A stretch of DNA of 64,000 nt, from positions 384,001-448,000 of the forward strand of contig CBDCFN010000016.1 of NCBI GenBank assembly GCA_965216315.1. The letters run 5' to 3'. Below are positions 8,492 to 18,685 of the stretch, piece after piece (position 1 is the first letter of the stretch; each line of letters opens with the position of its first letter). The notes under the pieces were generated by a model. The model saw only the letters and a program-made list of their open reading frames with translations, did no database searches and was not told where the DNA came from. The translations under genes and the position numbers were made by a program. Origin of the DNA: a bacterium (lineage in GTDB: Bacteria; UBA10199; 2-02-FULL-50-16; JAJFLM01).

Positions 8492-10420
8492 ATGGCACCT
8501 CCTAAGGTTCCCGTTGATAAACCTTATCAAAAGATGACAGCGGCGGAACTTGAGGACGCGGTACGCTATCACAATTATCTTTATTTCACGGAAAATAATC
8601 CCGTTATCTCCGACTACGATTTTGATCGGATGGTGCGTCGCCTTGAGAAGTTGCAGCCGGAGGCAGGCGTACTACAAGAAATTCCTTCCGAAGGAGAAAC
8701 ACGTTCCAAGGTAAAGCATCTGCAACCCATGCTGTCGTTGGAAAAGGCATATTCCGCAGCTGAGGTGCAAAAGTGGGCGGGTAAGTTTGAGGGATCCCTG
8801 ATGGTATCGCCGAAGATTGACGGGTTGGCACTGGAGATTCGCTATGACAAGGATGGACAATTGATTTTGGCCGCGACTAGGGGGAATGGCATTCAAGGTG
8901 AGCTGATTACGGATAATGTCCGCATGATCGCAGATATTCCGCAACAAGTCCCCCAAGGCCCGGTAGAAGTGCGCGGTGAGATTTACATGAAACTTTCTAT
9001 CTTTAGGCGGCATTATGCCGATCAATTTGCCAACCCGAGAAATTTGGCCGCTGGCGCCTTGAAACAAAAAGATCCCAGTAAAACCAAGGAATATCGTTTG
9101 TCATTTTTTGCTTACGGGTTGAAGGGGACGGCACATCAGTCGGAGTGGGAAAAGTTTCAGGAGCTAAAAAAATGGGAGTTCCCCATCGTCGAATTAAAAA
9201 AAATTGACCGCGACATAATCGAGGAGACCTATCAGTATTTTCTGTCGCGGAGGGAAGAGTATGATTATGAGACGGATGGTGTCGTTTTCATGGCCGACGA
9301 TGTAGCGGTTCAAGAAGAGCTGGGCTCTACGGCGCATCATCCACGCTGGAGCATTGCTTATAAATATCAAGGCGACTCCGGCGTGACGACGCTTCACGAC
9401 GTTGAATGGAGTGTCGCGCGGAGTGGAGCCATAACGCCCATCGGCATTGTTGAACCGGTGGCCCTTTCCGGAGCCATGGTTTCACGGGTTTCGCTGCATA
9501 ATTACGGCCAGATGATGGAGAAAAAGCTGAAGCGAGGGGCTCAGGTCGTCATGGTAAGGCGTGGTGGAGTGATCCCCTATCTTGAGGCCGTTGAAAAGGC
9601 CGGCAGGGGAAAATTATTTAAGGCGCCGGAGCGATGTCCTTCCTGTGGTTCGCCGACGGAAGTCAGGGACGAATTTCTTTATTGTACGAATGCCAAGGGG
9701 TGCAGTCAGACCAAGATCGCCGAGTTAGAGCATTTTATTAAGACGGTTGAGATAGATGGCTTTGGTCCAAAATTAGTGACTAAACTATATGATAACGAAC
9801 TGGTAACGGAGCCAGCCGATTTTTATGATCTCACTAAGGAAGCCCTTCTTGATCTAGAGCGGATGGGGGATAAACTCGCGACAAAATTGATCCGCAATAT
9901 TCAAGACAAGCGCTTTTTAGACCTGGAAACATTTCTGGCGTGTCTCGGTATTAGAGAAGTCGGTCGTCAAGTGGCACGTGTGCTGAGTGAGAGATTCGGG
10001 ACGTTTGAGGCGGTGCGCACGGCTTCAGCGGAAGATCTGACTTCTGTCGATATGGTAGGGCCTGTCATTGCCGAGGAATTAAGCGGCGGTCTTAAGGCGC
10101 GGGAAGAGAGTATTGCGAGGTTACTAGCACACGTTTCAATTAAGAAAACTGAAGTTACGGAAATGACAGGGAAGCTGGCCGGAAAAAAAATCTGCTTTAC
10201 CGGCTCGCTGGCGGGTATGTCGCGCAGCGACGGGCAGAAAAAAGTCAAGGCGCTGGGAGGTATTGCAACGAGTTCCGTAACGAAAGATCTGGATTATCTT
10301 GTCGTCGGCAGTGAAGGCAAGGCGGGGAGCAAGTTGACCAAGGCGGAGAAATTAGTACAATCAGGCGCCGATTTAAAGATTATTCAGGAAGACGATTTCT
10401 TAAAATTGATTGGCGCTTAA
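8492..10420 (+). CDS. ligA: NAD-dependent DNA ligase
   Basis: MLSL, adenylation motif KIDG, EVRGE, NPRN, DGVV, C4 zinc finger, HhH repeats and BRCT domain. Confidence 0.97.
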   Translation: MAPPKVPVDKPYQKMTAAELEDAVRYHNYLYFTENNPVISDYDFDRMVRRLEKLQPEAGVLQEIPSEGETRSKVKHLQPMLSLEKAYSAAEVQKWAGKFEGSLMVSPKIDGLALEIRYDKDGQLILAATRGNGIQGELITDNVRMIADIPQQVPQGPVEVRGEIYMKLSIFRRHYADQFANPRNLAAGALKQKDPSKTKEYRLSFFAYGLKGTAHQSEWEKFQELKKWEFPIVELKKIDRDIIEETYQYFLSRREEYDYETDGVVFMADDVAVQEELGSTAHHPRWSIAYKYQGDSGVTTLHDVEWSVARSGAITPIGIVEPVALSGAMVSRVSLHNYGQMMEKKLKRGAQVVMVRRGGVIPYLEAVEKAGRGKLFKAPERCPSCGSPTEVRDEFLYCTNAKGCSQTKIAELEHFIKTVEIDGFGPKLVTKLYDNELVTEPADFYDLTKEALLDLERMGDKLATKLIRNIQDKRFLDLETFLACLGIREVGRQVARVLSERFGTFEAVRTASAEDLTSVDMVGPVIAEELSGGLKAREESIARLLAHVSIKKTEVTEMTGKLAGKKICFTGSLAGMSRSDGQKKVKALGGIATSSVTKDLDYLVVGSEGKAGSKLTKAEKLVQSGADLKIIQEDDFLKLIGA

Positions 10421-11373
10421 CTCCAGTCCAGCATTTTCTGTAACGGTCGGAGCGCTGATTTTCTCAGTTTTTCATCCATGGTGATTTCCGGTTCAAGATC
10501 GCGTAAGCAGAGGTAGAGCTTTTCGAGCGTATTTAGTCTCATGTGAGGGCATTCGTTACAGGCGCAACTTTGATCTTCCGGGGGTCCCGCTAGCAGCGTT
10601 TTGTGCGGAACCTTTTTTTGCATCTGGTGGAGAATGCCGGATTCCGTGACGACAATGAATTCCTCTGCCGGGTCTTCTTCAGCAAATTTCAAGAGTTTTG
10701 AGGTTGAACCAATGAACGAGGCGTGTCTCAGGATTTTCTCCTCGCATTCCGGGTGGGCGATAACCTTGGCGTGGGGATGGCGCATCTTGAGCTGGATGAT
10801 ACGCTTTTCCGAAAAGATATCGTGAACCATGCAACTCCCATTCCAGAGAACCATATCGCGACCCGTTTCTTTCATTAAGTAACGGCCGAGATTGCGGTCA
10901 GGGGCGAATACGATCGGTCGATTGGCTGGGATATGACTGAGAATTTTAGCCGCGTTGGATGAGGTGCAGATGACGTCACTCATCGCCTTTATTTCGGCCG
11001 TGCAGTTGATGTAGCTCACGACAAAATGTGCCGGATGGGACATTTTGAATTCAGCAAATTTCTCGGGTGGGCAGCTGTCAGCTAAAGAGCAGCCGGCATT
11101 TAAGTCGGGAACAACAACCGTTTTATTGGGATTAAGTATTTTAGCCGTTTCAGCCATGAAATGAACGCCGGCAAAGGCAATGACCTTGGCGTCAGTTTCT
11201 TGTGCCCGCCGAGCGAGGCCGAGACTGTCTTCGACGTAATCGGCAAGGTCTTGAATTTCCGATTCTTGATAGAAGTGCGCCAGGATGACAGCACTGCGCT
11301 CTTCCTTGAGACGGATGATCTCGGAGGCGAGATCAGGCGCAGGTTTAGTTACTGTGTTCTCTAGAAATGGCAT
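10417..11373 (-). CDS. nadA: Quinolinate synthase
   Basis: [43 protein letters not shown] and CPHM motifs. Confidence 0.97.
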   Translation of the reverse strand: MPFLENTVTKPAPDLASEIIRLKEERSAVILAHFYQESEIQDLADYVEDSLGLARRAQETDAKVIAFAGVHFMAETAKILNPNKTVVVPDLNAGCSLADSCPPEKFAEFKMSHPAHFVVSYINCTAEIKAMSDVICTSSNAAKILSHIPANRPIVFAPDRNLGRYLMKETGRDMVLWNGSCMVHDIFSEKRIIQLKMRHPHAKVIAHPECEEKILRHASFIGSTSKLLKFAEEDPAEEFIVVTESGILHQMQKKVPHKTLLAGPPEDQSCACNECPHMRLNTLEKLYLCLRDLEPEITMDEKLRKSALRPLQKMLDWS

Positions 11374-11406
11374 GATAAGTTCCCTAAGAGTGCACTGACA
11401 TCTACT

Positions 11407-11435
11407 AAGATAAGAGGTCCTTGCCGTGATGTCAA
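11407..11435 (-). promoter_or_regulatory. Putative sigma70 promoter of nadA
   Basis: Minus strand TTGACA (11435-11430), 17-nt spacer, TATCTT (11412-11407), 33 nt upstream of the nadA ATG. Confidence 0.65.
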
Positions 11436-11501
11436 TCCTGCTAAAAAGCCTTATGTTTTTAGGGTTTACATTTATTTGCCCTCCGATTACATCGCAGGGC
11501 C

Positions 11502-12515
11502 ATGACTGAGCAAAGAGGGATGAAAGTATCTCATGTATTGAAGCGTGCCTCGGTCGGCTTGGGAATGATATTCATTGCGAGTTCATTGCTCTACTGGTGT
11601 CTTCGCCAAATTGATTTTGGTGCGCTTTGGCAGGATATCTATAAGGCGGATTTCTTGAGTCTTATTGCAGCGATGGTCTGCATCTATACGATTCTCCTCA
11701 TTAATACGTGGCAGTGGCAACTTTTTTTGCCAAAATCGCGTCCTTTGTCATTTGAGCGGATGTTTCGAGTGATCCGTGTGATGGGGCTGATGGATAACGT
11801 GATTCCGTGGGGCAAGGCTTTTATTATTTATCACTTGGGTCAAATTGAGAAAGTGGGTAAGGCCGTTGCGGTATCTGTATTGACTTTAGATCAAGTTGCA
11901 GAGGGGGCTTCGAAACTTATCATTTTTTTGATAGTCGCCTATGTTGCGCCTCTCCCTTTATGGATGACGCAAGGGATTTCCATTGCCGTTGTGACTATCG
12001 TGATCAGCTACTTCACTTTATTATATCTAGCTTACCGACATAAAGAATATGAAGAAGCCGATCCGGAAGATTTGCATCAATGGCACCAAAAAATTTTCCA
12101 TTTTATCTCGAAATGGGCCCATCATTTGCACGCGATGCGGGATTATAAGATAACCCTGCTCACCATATTTCATGCGATTCTGATGAAGGCCTGCGAAGTG
12201 GGGGCTGTTTATTTCGTGCAGTTATCGTTCGGTGTCGACTTGCCGCTCTGGTCATCCTTTTTTCTGGTGGCCGCTTACAATCTATCCACGATCATTCCCG
12301 TGACACCTGGTAATGTCGGAATATTTGAGGCGACGGTTTTTTACGCCTACAAGTCGATGGGAGTTGATCCGACGCAGGCCATGTCATTGGCCTTGCTCAA
12401 CCATTTTGTTTATTTGGTTCCGATGGTGGTGCCCGGCTACTGGGTATCCGTGCGAATGGGCATAAACCTCAGTCAGACGTTATTTGATCGCGATTCCAGG
12501 CTTGTCACCGACTGA
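11502..12515 (+). CDS. Lysylphosphatidylglycerol synthase TM-domain / flippase-like membrane protein (YbhN/AglD-like)
   Basis: Multi-TM protein with W..FL, DNVIP.G and [13 protein letters not shown] motifs. Confidence 0.85.
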   Translation: MTEQRGMKVSHVLKRASVGLGMIFIASSLLYWCLRQIDFGALWQDIYKADFLSLIAAMVCIYTILLINTWQWQLFLPKSRPLSFERMFRVIRVMGLMDNVIPWGKAFIIYHLGQIEKVGKAVAVSVLTLDQVAEGASKLIIFLIVAYVAPLPLWMTQGISIAVVTIVISYFTLLYLAYRHKEYEEADPEDLHQWHQKIFHFISKWAHHLHAMRDYKITLLTIFHAILMKACEVGAVYFVQLSFGVDLPLWSSFFLVAAYNLSTIIPVTPGNVGIFEATVFYAYKSMGVDPTQAMSLALLNHFVYLVPMVVPGYWVSVRMGINLSQTLFDRDSRLVTD

Positions 12516-12537
12516 TGATTGCTATAGCTTGCCGCAA

Positions 12538-14193
12538 ATGTGTCGCTTAAGTGCCATAATTGTTGCCGTAGTTCTATGCGCGAGTTCGAGTCTGTGGGCC
12601 TACAGCTCGCCCAATGTTCCCATTGATCGGCGAGTCTATAAGGATATCGATAAACTCGTCGCTTCAAAACTCGTCAGTAACGTCATTTATGGGCAACGGC
12701 CCTGGAGTCGCAATGAGATTGCCCGGATTATTGCCGTTGCGCTGCGAAATCGTGAGGCTGCCGATCAAAGCATTGCACCCAACGGACGGGAATCATTGCG
12801 ATGGATGTATATGGACAGTGTTCTGGAGTATCTAAAGAAAGAATATCGGGAGGAATTGATTGAGCAGGGGGTTATTGAAGGGGAAAAGAAGACAACTTCT
12901 TTTCGTCCATTAGAGTATGTTCAGGCAGAATACACTTTTCTCGATAATGATTTAAGAAATATTCACGACAATGGGCAAGGTCGTATCAATGCTGTCGTTT
13001 CACCATTGACTGCCTATGAAGAAGGTCGACGATATCCGGACGGTCATCAATTAGCTGTCGAAACTGAGAGTTGGTTAAGGGCCTCTCGATTTTTTTCAAT
13101 GTATCTTCGGCCCCGCTTTCAGTTAAGTGTGACTCATGGAGGAGATGCTAGTCTGAGACCTTATGTGCAGCAACTCTATGCCAAATTTGCGGTCCCCCAT
13201 TTTGAATTGGAAGTAGGGCGTGATTCAATAGAATGGGGCCAAGGTGAGTTTGGCGGGGTTCTCCTTTCTAATAACGCACGGCCTCTTGATCTCATAAAAA
13301 TTTCTAATCCTTCGCCGTCACAACTACCATGGGTATTTAAGCATCTCGGACACTGGCGGTACACGTTTTTTGTCGCCAATATGGGACCAGAGCGAGAATT
13401 TCCCTATGCCTATCTTACGGGGATTAAGATAAGTCTTAAACCGGCGTCATTTTTTGAAATCGGTTTTTCCCAGCTTATGTTGCTTGGTGGTGATGGTTCT
13501 CCAGGCTCATACAGTGCAGGCGGGGTAATTCGGGAATTTTTTGGTGGGAGAAGCAGCGGAAGAAACCGCACGAATCGACAGGCCGGCTTTGATATGCGCT
13601 TCTTTTTGCCTTTCCTGCGAAACACACAAATTTATCTAGATATTCAATTTGAGGATGACTATTACACTTCTCTGGAGAAGCTGAAGTTTCAGTTTGGGCA
13701 TCTGGCAAGCTATCATACAGGCATCTATTTTCCACGACTTGATTATGATGGGCGTATGTCTCTTAGGCTTGAGTATCTTCATGGCTCTCCTTATTTTTAT
13801 CGGCATGCCCCATATGTGACGGGGATGGCCCTGAATGGGAAAATTTTGGGGAATGAGGTTGGGCCAGACAGTGATGCTGCCTATGTAACTTTTTCATATG
13901 ACTATTCACGGGATTTATGGTTCTCTTTTTTGCTTAAATATGAATTGAGAGATGGGGACGATATCCAGGAGTTTTTCGCTCCTAACAGGCAAATAATTAC
14001 TGTTCTAGATCGGCCTGATGAAAGCCGGTTTGGCATTAGTGCCAATGTGAACTGCAGAATCAAGAAATCATGGGAGTTATTGTTGGAGGCAGGATACGAA
14101 CATGTCAACTCATATAACTTCATTGCCGGTGAGATCCGCGAGAATTTCTTGCTACGTGCCGGTTTACGTTATCATGCTCAAATGGGGAGATAA
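12538..14193 (+). CDS. wzi: Capsule assembly Wzi-family outer membrane protein
   Basis: Signal peptide, RPWSR.E, GRDSIEWG.G..GGVLLSNNARPLD, beta-strand-rich C-terminus. Start probably ATG 12538. Confidence 0.8.
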   Translation: MCRLSAIIVAVVLCASSSLWAYSSPNVPIDRRVYKDIDKLVASKLVSNVIYGQRPWSRNEIARIIAVALRNREAADQSIAPNGRESLRWMYMDSVLEYLKKEYREELIEQGVIEGEKKTTSFRPLEYVQAEYTFLDNDLRNIHDNGQGRINAVVSPLTAYEEGRRYPDGHQLAVETESWLRASRFFSMYLRPRFQLSVTHGGDASLRPYVQQLYAKFAVPHFELEVGRDSIEWGQGEFGGVLLSNNARPLDLIKISNPSPSQLPWVFKHLGHWRYTFFVANMGPEREFPYAYLTGIKISLKPASFFEIGFSQLMLLGGDGSPGSYSAGGVIREFFGGRSSGRNRTNRQAGFDMRFFLPFLRNTQIYLDIQFEDDYYTSLEKLKFQFGHLASYHTGIYFPRLDYDGRMSLRLEYLHGSPYFYRHAPYVTGMALNGKILGNEVGPDSDAAYVTFSYDYSRDLWFSFLLKYELRDGDDIQEFFAPNRQIITVLDRPDESRFGISANVNCRIKKSWELLLEAGYEHVNSYNFIAGEIRENFLLRAGLRYHAQMGR

Positions 14194-15114
14194 ATGAGGA
14201 AAACGGTTTTCATATTGCCGAGCTGTTCTAAGGCACCTAACTCTTTAATAGCGGGTGTGTCTTGTCGTGAGAGACTTAGTCGTTCTCTCGAAGCTAATGA
14301 GTATGATGTTGTAGGTAGGGCAAGCGACGCTGATCTCAAAATACAAGCATGCTATATGTTGATCGATGGTGAAAAAGTTCACCTCTGTGAGAAAGGTGTC
14401 AATGCTATAGAAGATCGGCTATTGAACTCGCTTCGCAAGCCAGCAGATGGGCTGATAGCACGATTAATTAATCGCCGTATTTCCTTGGCGATTACTAAGC
14501 GCCTTATGAATACTTCAGTAATGCCAAATCACATCACGATTTTGACGCTTGTTCTGGGTTTAGCCTGTGGTTTTGTTGTGGCTTTAGGCGGTTATTGGGC
14601 AGGAATTTGGGGGGCGCTTTTATTTCAAATGCAATCGACTCTTGATGGGGTTGACGGCGAGTTAGCACGATTGCGCTTTCAAGGTTCACTCTTGGGACAG
14701 TGGCTTGATACCATAAGTGATGATCTGTCAGAGCTGTCATTTGTCATAGGATTGACAGTTATTACCCAGTTTCAAGCGCTGCGCATGATTGGGATTGTAG
14801 GAATCGCGGTTTTTGTCCTTACTCAAGGAATCTTATATTACAGATTGGCGACGGTCTATCGGTCTGGCGATCTTCAGGTGATAAAGTGGGATTCAGGATC
14901 GTCCACTGGGATTGTAGCTCAACTTAGGTTCATGTTTAGACATGATTTTTTCTGTTTTATTAGTGTTGTCCTGGCTGTTCTGAATAGCCTGGATGTGCTG
15001 CTCGTGATGGCGACAGTCGGACGAATCGCCGTTTTCACTGTGCTCGTGAAGTATCTCGTTCAAGGTGAAGCACCGCGGAGAACGGCGCTAAAGGATCACC
15101 GTGCTGAATATTAG
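14194..15114 (+). CDS. CDP-alcohol phosphatidyltransferase family protein (DIPPS-like)
   Basis: PNHIT and the signature DGVDGELAR....S..G.WLDTISD. Confidence 0.88.
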   Translation: MRKTVFILPSCSKAPNSLIAGVSCRERLSRSLEANEYDVVGRASDADLKIQACYMLIDGEKVHLCEKGVNAIEDRLLNSLRKPADGLIARLINRRISLAITKRLMNTSVMPNHITILTLVLGLACGFVVALGGYWAGIWGALLFQMQSTLDGVDGELARLRFQGSLLGQWLDTISDDLSELSFVIGLTVITQFQALRMIGIVGIAVFVLTQGILYYRLATVYRSGDLQVIKWDSGSSTGIVAQLRFMFRHDFFCFISVVLAVLNSLDVLLVMATVGRIAVFTVLVKYLVQGEAPRRTALKDHRAEY

Positions 15115-15131
15115 AGCGAGTCGTTTTTGTC

Positions 15132-16220
15132 TTAGCCTTCTTTTATAACAGCTGAGCCTTTTTGATGCTTTAAGTATTCCAAAAAGAACGCCAAGAATAT
15201 CGCCATAAATGAAGACATAGCGAACGTGCCGATGACAATCAGAGTCCTCCTCGGTCTATGCCTTTTTACTGGAACTCTCGCAGGGTCAATAATTTGAAAG
15301 CTTATATCTTCTCGGGCTTCCTCGATTTTGGCCATTTCATATTGCTGAGTAAGCAATGCATTAATGCTTCCTAATAATTTGTAGTAACCAGTGAGGTATT
15401 CCAGGTAGACCTGTTGAGGGACGTTTTCTACAAGGCGACTTTTGTTGAGTTGTTTTTCTATTTCTTCTCGTTTTTTCTCTAGTGAAGAAAGGATCTGCGG
15501 TGTTGGTGTTTCATTGTCAACTTCGATGTCTATTCTTGGGTCACGATCCGATACATTACGATTTTTATAAAAATGTGAGAGCTCTTTCCCTGTCTCAAGT
15601 AAGCGCATTTTATTTTTTTCTAACTGACCGCTTATGAATATGCGATTTCTTTTAGCCGACGTCAGGTTGTTTGTTGCTAGGAAAGCGGCCAATTCCTCGA
15701 TGTAGGCAGTGACTATTTTTTCTGAAAGTCGTGGGTCTCTGGTTTCCGCGGTTATCGTAATTAACATTGTCTTCTTATTCTCTTTCGCTAATGCAATTCT
15801 CTTTAGTTTCATTACAGCAAGTTCCATGCTTGGGACTTCGTCTTTGGGAACTTTCCATGCCTTTTTCTTGGTGTCCCAGAGATCACTGAAAAGGGTCTGC
15901 TTAAGCTCAAGTTTATTGATCACGTTCTCCGCTAGTGTCCGGCTCTTGAGCACGACCATCAGAGGAGCGCCGGATGTATTGATGCCGAAGCCGCCTAAGA
16001 GGCCGCCAAGTCCGCTTTGGGCGATTAGGGCTGATACGCCAGACCCCTCTTTGCCTCCACCTCCGATGGGCAGAATACCTGCTTCGGCCTGATAGGTCTT
16101 TGGAAGCAAAAGTGCCACTACGATTGAAATGACAGTCGTGACAAATATAATGCCGATTATGGAATTGCGCCTACGCCATAATATGTTCCAGTAATCTAGC
16201 AGACTGAGTTCGTTTTCCAT
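15132..16220 (-). CDS. Polysaccharide co-polymerase (Wzz/GumC-like chain-length determinant)
   Basis: ELSLLDYWNILW, N-terminal TM, coiled coil, IIDPA..P....P.R and C-terminal TM. No kinase domain. Start probably ATG 16220. Confidence 0.88.
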   Translation of the reverse strand: MENELSLLDYWNILWRRRNSIIGIIFVTTVISIVVALLLPKTYQAEAGILPIGGGGKEGSGVSALIAQSGLGGLLGGFGINTSGAPLMVVLKSRTLAENVINKLELKQTLFSDLWDTKKKAWKVPKDEVPSMELAVMKLKRIALAKENKKTMLITITAETRDPRLSEKIVTAYIEELAAFLATNNLTSAKRNRIFISGQLEKNKMRLLETGKELSHFYKNRNVSDRDPRIDIEVDNETPTPQILSSLEKKREEIEKQLNKSRLVENVPQQVYLEYLTGYYKLLGSINALLTQQYEMAKIEEAREDISFQIIDPARVPVKRHRPRRTLIVIGTFAMSSFMAIFLAFFLEYLKHQKGSAVIKEG

Positions 16221-16221
16221 A

Positions 16222-17370
16222 TTATTTTGCAATTGCGAGTACAGTAGCGGTGATACCAACAGCCGTACTTGTGATGGTAAGAATAAGCGTTAACAAGGTT
16301 TCCGGCGCCATATACCTTTCCGGGACTATAATCGTGTCGCCAGGATTTATTTGAGTGCCATTTTCAGCTTTAATTTTTTTTCCTAGCGCTGACATTATGT
16401 AAATCTTTTTTTCACTTTTTGCCAATCGTGTTAGGCCGCCAGCCTGCGTCAGATATTCTCGAACTTTATAATAAGGGCTGAAGGCGTAGGGGCCCGGTTG
16501 GAAAACCGCACCAAGAACGAAAACACGCTCTTCAAAGGAAGGAAAGAATACTTCGCTATCCCCTGGCAGGTTTGGCACATTGTAGTCAAATCTTGTGCCT
16601 TCCGTTAATAGATGTGGAATGACAACGATATCGGCGCCGTGGACTCTAAACTGAGACATTGAACTCTTGTCCAAATCGACATCAATAAGCTCTTTATGAC
16701 CATTGACGTAGCGAATCACTTTCGCGGGTGCTTGTTTCGCAACGCCCGGCGCAAAACCGCCGGCCAATTTTAATAGGCGATAGAGCGTCGCTTTCCCCGT
16801 CATTTCATAACTGTCAGGCCGTTTGACGGCACCAGCAATTTGAATCACATTTTTCTTGAGCGGAACGAAGACGACATCATTATCAAGCAGATAGGGGTTT
16901 GCGTCCAGATTCCCCATCATTTTAAACGAAAGCAGGTCGATCCAACGTGTTTTCGATCCCTTACGACGCAATTGAATCCCTCTCATGGCCCCACGTTCCA
17001 GAAGGCCACCGGCCAATTGGACCGCTTCTGAGAGCCTCGTTGAGGCTGGCACTCTGAAGGTACCCGGGTTTTCAACTTCGCCCAGAATATGGACTTGGTA
17101 GGTAGGTCCCTGCAGGAGGTCGGCAGCACTAGGTCGCTGTATTTGCGGGATCTGCGATTGGAACGGGTTCGCCTTATCTTTCCTTGATTTTGATCCAAAA
17201 CTGGTTCCCCCAAGCCTATCATCCCTGGAATCAGGCGAGAAAAATTGACTCGGCATACCGACTGCCGGCGCTTGTCTTCGCTGCGCGAATAGCGAGGCGC
17301 TGGGTAGTAGAAATAAAATGACTAAGAATACACTTATGGGTCGCAATATTTGGACTGGAAGAAATCGCAT
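16222..17370 (-). CDS. SLBB-domain polysaccharide export protein (Wza/KpsD-like)
   Basis: Three SLBB repeats (V.ILGEV.NPG, IAGAVKRP, VLGAVFQPG...AGG), a signal peptide and a C-terminal helix. Start at 17370 or TTG 17385. Confidence 0.85.
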   Translation of the reverse strand: MRFLPVQILRPISVFLVILFLLPSASLFAQRRQAPAVGMPSQFFSPDSRDDRLGGTSFGSKSRKDKANPFQSQIPQIQRPSAADLLQGPTYQVHILGEVENPGTFRVPASTRLSEAVQLAGGLLERGAMRGIQLRRKGSKTRWIDLLSFKMMGNLDANPYLLDNDVVFVPLKKNVIQIAGAVKRPDSYEMTGKATLYRLLKLAGGFAPGVAKQAPAKVIRYVNGHKELIDVDLDKSSMSQFRVHGADIVVIPHLLTEGTRFDYNVPNLPGDSEVFFPSFEERVFVLGAVFQPGPYAFSPYYKVREYLTQAGGLTRLAKSEKKIYIMSALGKKIKAENGTQINPGDTIIVPERYMAPETLLTLILTITSTAVGITATVLAIAK

Positions 17371-17498
17371 CTTATATATGGACAATAATCTAGTATTTAC
17401 GTCTAAGAAGAGGCGTTTACGTACTTTTCTTAGGGGTTGTTGTCAATGGCCCCATCTGCCCTTTTTCTCTTGCCTATTCGGACATATTCATCCTATAG

Positions 17499-17528
17499 GT
17501 TCATGCTTCGAACGTTCAATTATTAAAC
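17499..17528. promoter_or_regulatory. Two abutting imperfect palindromes GTTCA-N5-YRAAC, probable operator of the MarR-type regulator
   Basis: GTTCATGCTTCGAAC (17499-17513) followed by GTTCAATTATTAAAC (17514-17528), 4 nt before the regulator ATG. Confidence 0.55.
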
Positions 17529-17532
17529 ATAT

Positions 17533-18054
17533 ATGGATAAGCTCAGCGACAAGGAATTGCAGGTGTTGGATCGGGTTGGTCGCAACTCGTCAATATCTCA
17601 ACGGGAATTGGCCCGAGATACGGGAATTTCACTGGGGTTGATTAACGTCATTCTCAAGAAGTTCTTGCAGGTTGGGTATTTACAGGTCTCTCGGCTTAAT
17701 AAGAGAAAGTTGGAATATGTCCTCACGCCGGCCGGCTTTTTAGCGATGGCCCGACGAACCTACAATTATGCAACGAGGACTATTCGGAATTATCAATCGC
17801 TGCATTCTCAAATTGCAGCGCTCCTGAGTGAGCTGTGCAAATCTGGTTATGATTATTTTTCCATTCACGGCGATGGGGAACTTCGTGAGATGATCGAAGT
17901 CATTGCCCCTGGAATTCTTTCCGAGGGTCTCGCCAGTTTAGGTTCCGAGCACCGCGACGGACCGAATGCAGTCGTATTAAATATTACAGCTGAACCCATA
18001 GTGCCCGAGTTCAACGGATCTGTGGTCAGTGTTTTGGAGCGCATCGAGCAATGA
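17533..18054 (+). CDS. EPS-associated MarR-family winged-helix transcriptional regulator
   Basis: ISQRELA...GISLG.IN..LK...GY and Y.LTP.G motifs, at the head of the glycan operon. Confidence 0.85.
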   Translation: MDKLSDKELQVLDRVGRNSSISQRELARDTGISLGLINVILKKFLQVGYLQVSRLNKRKLEYVLTPAGFLAMARRTYNYATRTIRNYQSLHSQIAALLSELCKSGYDYFSIHGDGELREMIEVIAPGILSEGLASLGSEHRDGPNAVVLNITAEPIVPEFNGSVVSVLERIEQ

Positions 18055-18527
18055 CTTATTGGTACGTCATAAAAACAAAGCCGAAGCAGGAGAAGGCGGT
18101 GTTTGGCCAATTATCAAAGGCCGGTTACGAGATTTTTTTGCCCCAGATTGAAGGAGTTCATGCGCCTAAACCTCTGTTCCCGTCGTATTTATTTATCTCT
18201 GCAAGGCTCGAGAACGCTGAAGAGTATAGATTGGTAAAATATACCCGTGGTGTGAACTGTGTGTTGGGAGATTCAGAGGGTCCATCTCCTATTTCAACTT
18301 TAGTTGTTGATGAGCTGAAATGCAGAACACGCGATGGTCAGATAGTATCACCGGAATTGCTTTTTCAAGCAGGTGACACGGTTAGAGTCAGGCGCGGTTT
18401 GCTCAAAGATCTCATTGGGATGATAGAGCGACATTATCCGGAAGAGAAGCGTGTACAGATTTTATTTAAATGGTGGTCGACCAGCATGAGAGCCAAGCTG
18501 AGATATTCGGATCTCGAGGCTGCTTGA
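18051..18527 (+). CDS. RfaH/UpxY-like NusG-paralog transcription antiterminator
   Basis: WYVIKTKPKQE, PLFPSYLF and TRGV..V.G motifs plus KOW domain (GDTVRV..G...DLIG). An ops site lies downstream. Confidence 0.9.
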   Translation: MTYWYVIKTKPKQEKAVFGQLSKAGYEIFLPQIEGVHAPKPLFPSYLFISARLENAEEYRLVKYTRGVNCVLGDSEGPSPISTLVVDELKCRTRDGQIVSPELLFQAGDTVRVRRGLLKDLIGMIERHYPEEKRVQILFKWWSTSMRAKLRYSDLEAA

Positions 18528-18601
18528 GTCATCAGAAATAGTTTATGAGCCCCATTGGGGATAACAGTATAGAATTATTGAAGAATCTGTATCGATTCAA
18601 T

Positions 18602-18613
18602 GGCGGTAGCCTG
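18602..18613 (+). promoter_or_regulatory. ops element (RfaH recruitment site)
   Basis: GGCGGTAGCCTG matches the ops consensus GGCGGTAGnnTG exactly. It sits in the leader between the antiterminator and the first biosynthetic gene. Confidence 0.85.
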
Positions 18614-18685
18614 CCCTCTTGCCATTAGCTCGGAGATGATATTGATGTACGAGAAAACGCTAAAAGATATACGAGTGGAGGAGAA

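Noticed and set aside
11385..11435. NrtR/NiaR/NadQ operator upstream of nadA
   Set aside because: Only weak partial symmetry is present (TGACATC...GATGTCA, widely spaced), with no convincing match to the boxes I know.
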